64,000 bases of DNA, from the NCBI GenBank assembly GCA_965112735.1, contig OZ218951.1, positions 2,542,001 through 2,606,000 on the forward strand. Direction: 5' to 3'. Made by a program: the position numbers and the translations under genes. This stretch comes from Phaeosaccion multiseriatum (taxonomy: Eukaryota > Protista > Ochrophyta, other classes). Positions within the stretch are counted from its first letter, which is position 1. Each line of letters opens with the position of its first letter. The notes below the pieces were generated by a model that was not told the DNA's origin, did no database searches, and saw only the letters and a program-made list of their open reading frames with translations. This document shows, one piece after another, positions 61,707-64,000 of the stretch.

Positions 61707-64000
61707 CATCCTCAACTTTGGCGTCATCAGCTCCCTCCCACATCCTCAAGGGAAGCGTCCGACTGACCAAGGCTCAGTCCTTCAAACAGCAGTACCTGGT
61801 GCTCTTGCGCGAGCTGCAGAGGGCGGGGAGCGGGGACAGCATGTGGATGGAGGGCGACGCGCTCCTCTCTCTCCGAGGCACTGCGGCACTGGCCCACAAC
61901 CCTGCACTGCGCCGCTACTCGCGGGGCTTACTGGCGGTGGAGCGTGGTGAGCGTGGTGAGCGTGGTGGTGGTACGGCTTCTGGTATAGGTGGTAGTGCGT
62001 ACGGCTACGGCCACAACGATCATGATGATGGGTCTGCTGCTGTGAAACGTGGAGTGCGGCTGGCAGCCCCGGGGAGCACTCCGGCGATGCAACGGGCCTT
62101 TGCCAGGGCCATCGCCCACACGACGGGGGCGAGGCTCGTCCTCATCAACCACTACAGCGTGAAGGCCCTTGTGACGGCAGGCATTGCGGCGGGGGTGCCG
62201 AGAGAAATGTTGCACCCTCTGCCCCTCACCGAAGCGCTGCTCGAGGTGTCGAGGGAGGAAGATGAGCCTTACGTGGTGCTCTTGTCGCTGGATAAGCCTC
62301 CTCCGAAGCTGAGGTTGGAGGGGGAAGGGGGCGGTGGCGGAGGGGGGGGGAGGCGTCGGAAGAGGAGGGCGACGACCTCCTCGGGACGGGGGGACGGGGA
62401 TGGGGACGGAGGAGGAGGTCTGAGAGGCACAGAGGAGGGAGAGGGGGAGGACGAGGAGGAGGGGGAGTTGGGGGAGAGGGTGCGACGACAGCATGGAGGT
62501 GGAGGAGGAGAAGGGCCGGAGGACTATGTTCCCTTCGAAGACGAGGAGGGTGGAGTGGAGGAGATGGCGGGAGATTCGGAGGAGGGGGAGGAAGGGCTAG
62601 AAGATGGGGTCATCAGCAGCATGAGAAGTGACAGCAGCACCAGCAGTAGTATGGTGGTGGAAACCGGCGGGGAATGGGATGATGATGAGAGGGCTGAAAG
62701 CTGCGTGGGTGCTCTTTCTGGCTTTAGCAACTACGACGACGAGGAGGAGGAGGCGGAGGAGGAGGAGGATGGCGAGGGGGTGGGGGGTGGCGAGGACGGC
62801 AGGGGCAGTGACAGCGGCCAATTCATGGATGGCGACGACGACCGTGGGCAGCAGCCGGATACAGTGGATAGAGAGCAGCACGGCTCTCGGGTCGACGGCA
62901 AGGCAGAGGGGGGGGGGAGAGGTCGAGGCGGGGGGGAGGGCTCCTTCGAGTGTGCTGACAGCGAGTCCGAGGAGGAGGTGCTGCCTGAGATGGAGTGGGC
63001 GACGAGGCACCAGCAAGAACCACAAGAGGGAGACGACTTTGTAGAAGGAGGACGAGGAGGAGGTGAAGCGAGGGGGGCGCAGGCAAGCACCCGCAGCAGC
63101 AGTAGCAGCAGCAGCGGCAGCGGTGCTAGCAGAGCGGATCGAGCGAATGTCAATGACCTGTTGCTCAACGCCTTGAGTAGTGAGACGTCGCGGGTGCTGT
63201 GGCTGCTCGACGAGCGATTCAGCGGCCTCCACGGCAGCGCACCCATTGTCGCGGGAAGTAACGGAGGAGGCGCACAAAGCGGCTTGTCGGCTGGTTCCTC
63301 TCCTTCCTCGCCCGGACAGGAGCAATACTACCAACAGCAACATCAGCAGGGGCAGGGGCAGCAGCAGCAGCCGCCGTCCTTCTGGTCTTCACCAGGACAG
63401 CAGAGTAATCACCACAAGCAGCAGCAGCAGCAGCAGCAGCAACAGCAACCGCAGGAGGAGGAGGAAGAGCAGCAGCCACCACCCCCACCATACCCGAGCA
63501 CAAACAACGAGGAGACGAAGAGTGGCAGATGGGGAAGTTGGGAGTCGCGGTCAACTGAGGGAGGAGGAGGACACCCAATCATCTCAGTCGACGCGGCCCT
63601 GCTGACGGCCGCTGCCGGTGGGGATGTCACACTGGTGGACTACTTGCTCTCCATCGGGGCAAACCCCTCCTACGCAGATCCTGAAACCAATTGCACCCCC
63701 TTCTTCGTTGCGGCTTCTGGGGCGCACCTACCCGTGTTGATTCGGTTGATGAGGGCTGGGGTAAGGCCGCAGGAGAATGACCTCAACAGCGCGTTGCTCA
63801 ACGCTGTCCAGGCGAGGGTAGTGCGAAACGAGGACGGGAGGGGGCACCCTTCCTCCTCCTCACCACCCCAAACCGGGCCCAAGGGAGCTGTGGTAAGGGT
63901 CGCGGGGGAGAAGGGGTTGGAGGGGACAGACGACCCTTGCTTGGTTGTGAAGCTGCTGCTGGAGAATGGCGCATCGGCCAATGCAAGGGATCCACGCAAC
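60287..64000 (+). CDS. Signal-peptide protein with degenerate AAA-like segment, acidic linkers and ankyrin repeats (3' truncated by window)
   Basis: Exon 1 60287-60906 (MKSLLIVLAAASAPVISA...), GT-AG intron, then exon 2 from 61084, apparently open to the window end (absent from the track because it has no stop). It encodes KRGVRLAAPGSTPAMQRAFARAIAHTTGARLVLIN...EPYVVLL and ALLTAAAGGDVTLVDYLLSIGANPSYADP..TPFFVAASGAHL...VVKLLLENGASANARD. Confidence 0.72.

Overview
GC-rich, intron-rich eukaryotic genomic DNA, most likely from a flagellated stramenopile (ochrophyte-type alga). The basis is the H3 'FQGSAVLAL' variant, a CFAP44 gene and Ectocarpus-type POMP-repeat and ankyrin families; the taxonomy is inference. 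Gene content, left to right: 5' end of histone H4 (-) divergent from an intronless histone H3 (+) carrying a histone 3' stem-loop; a frameshifted FNIP-repeat pseudogene (-); a 1830-aa single-ORF low-complexity protein with PGPGxY/SHIPPO-like repeats (+); a ~19-exon CFAP44/WDR52 (-); a type II membrane sulfotransferase-like gene (+); a WD40+PFU PLAA/Doa1-like gene without PUL (+); an Amun-family HhH glycosylase-like gene (-); an SBBP-type beta-propeller membrane protein (-); a POMP-repeat/Cys-rich/multi-TM gene (+); two intronless ankyrin-like paralogs plus a decayed third copy (-); a foldback MITE with TA target duplication; a CIP2A-like gene (-); and the start of a signal-peptide/degenerate-AAA/ankyrin gene (+). 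The most unusual signal is a non-palindromic 14-mer, GCAGTTGGTGATAC, usually embedded in CAG runs. It recurs about 16 times on both strands, in exons (three different readings), introns and UTRs, so it behaves as a DNA-level dispersed motif. Exon coordinates were deduced by hand and need RNA-seq confirmation.
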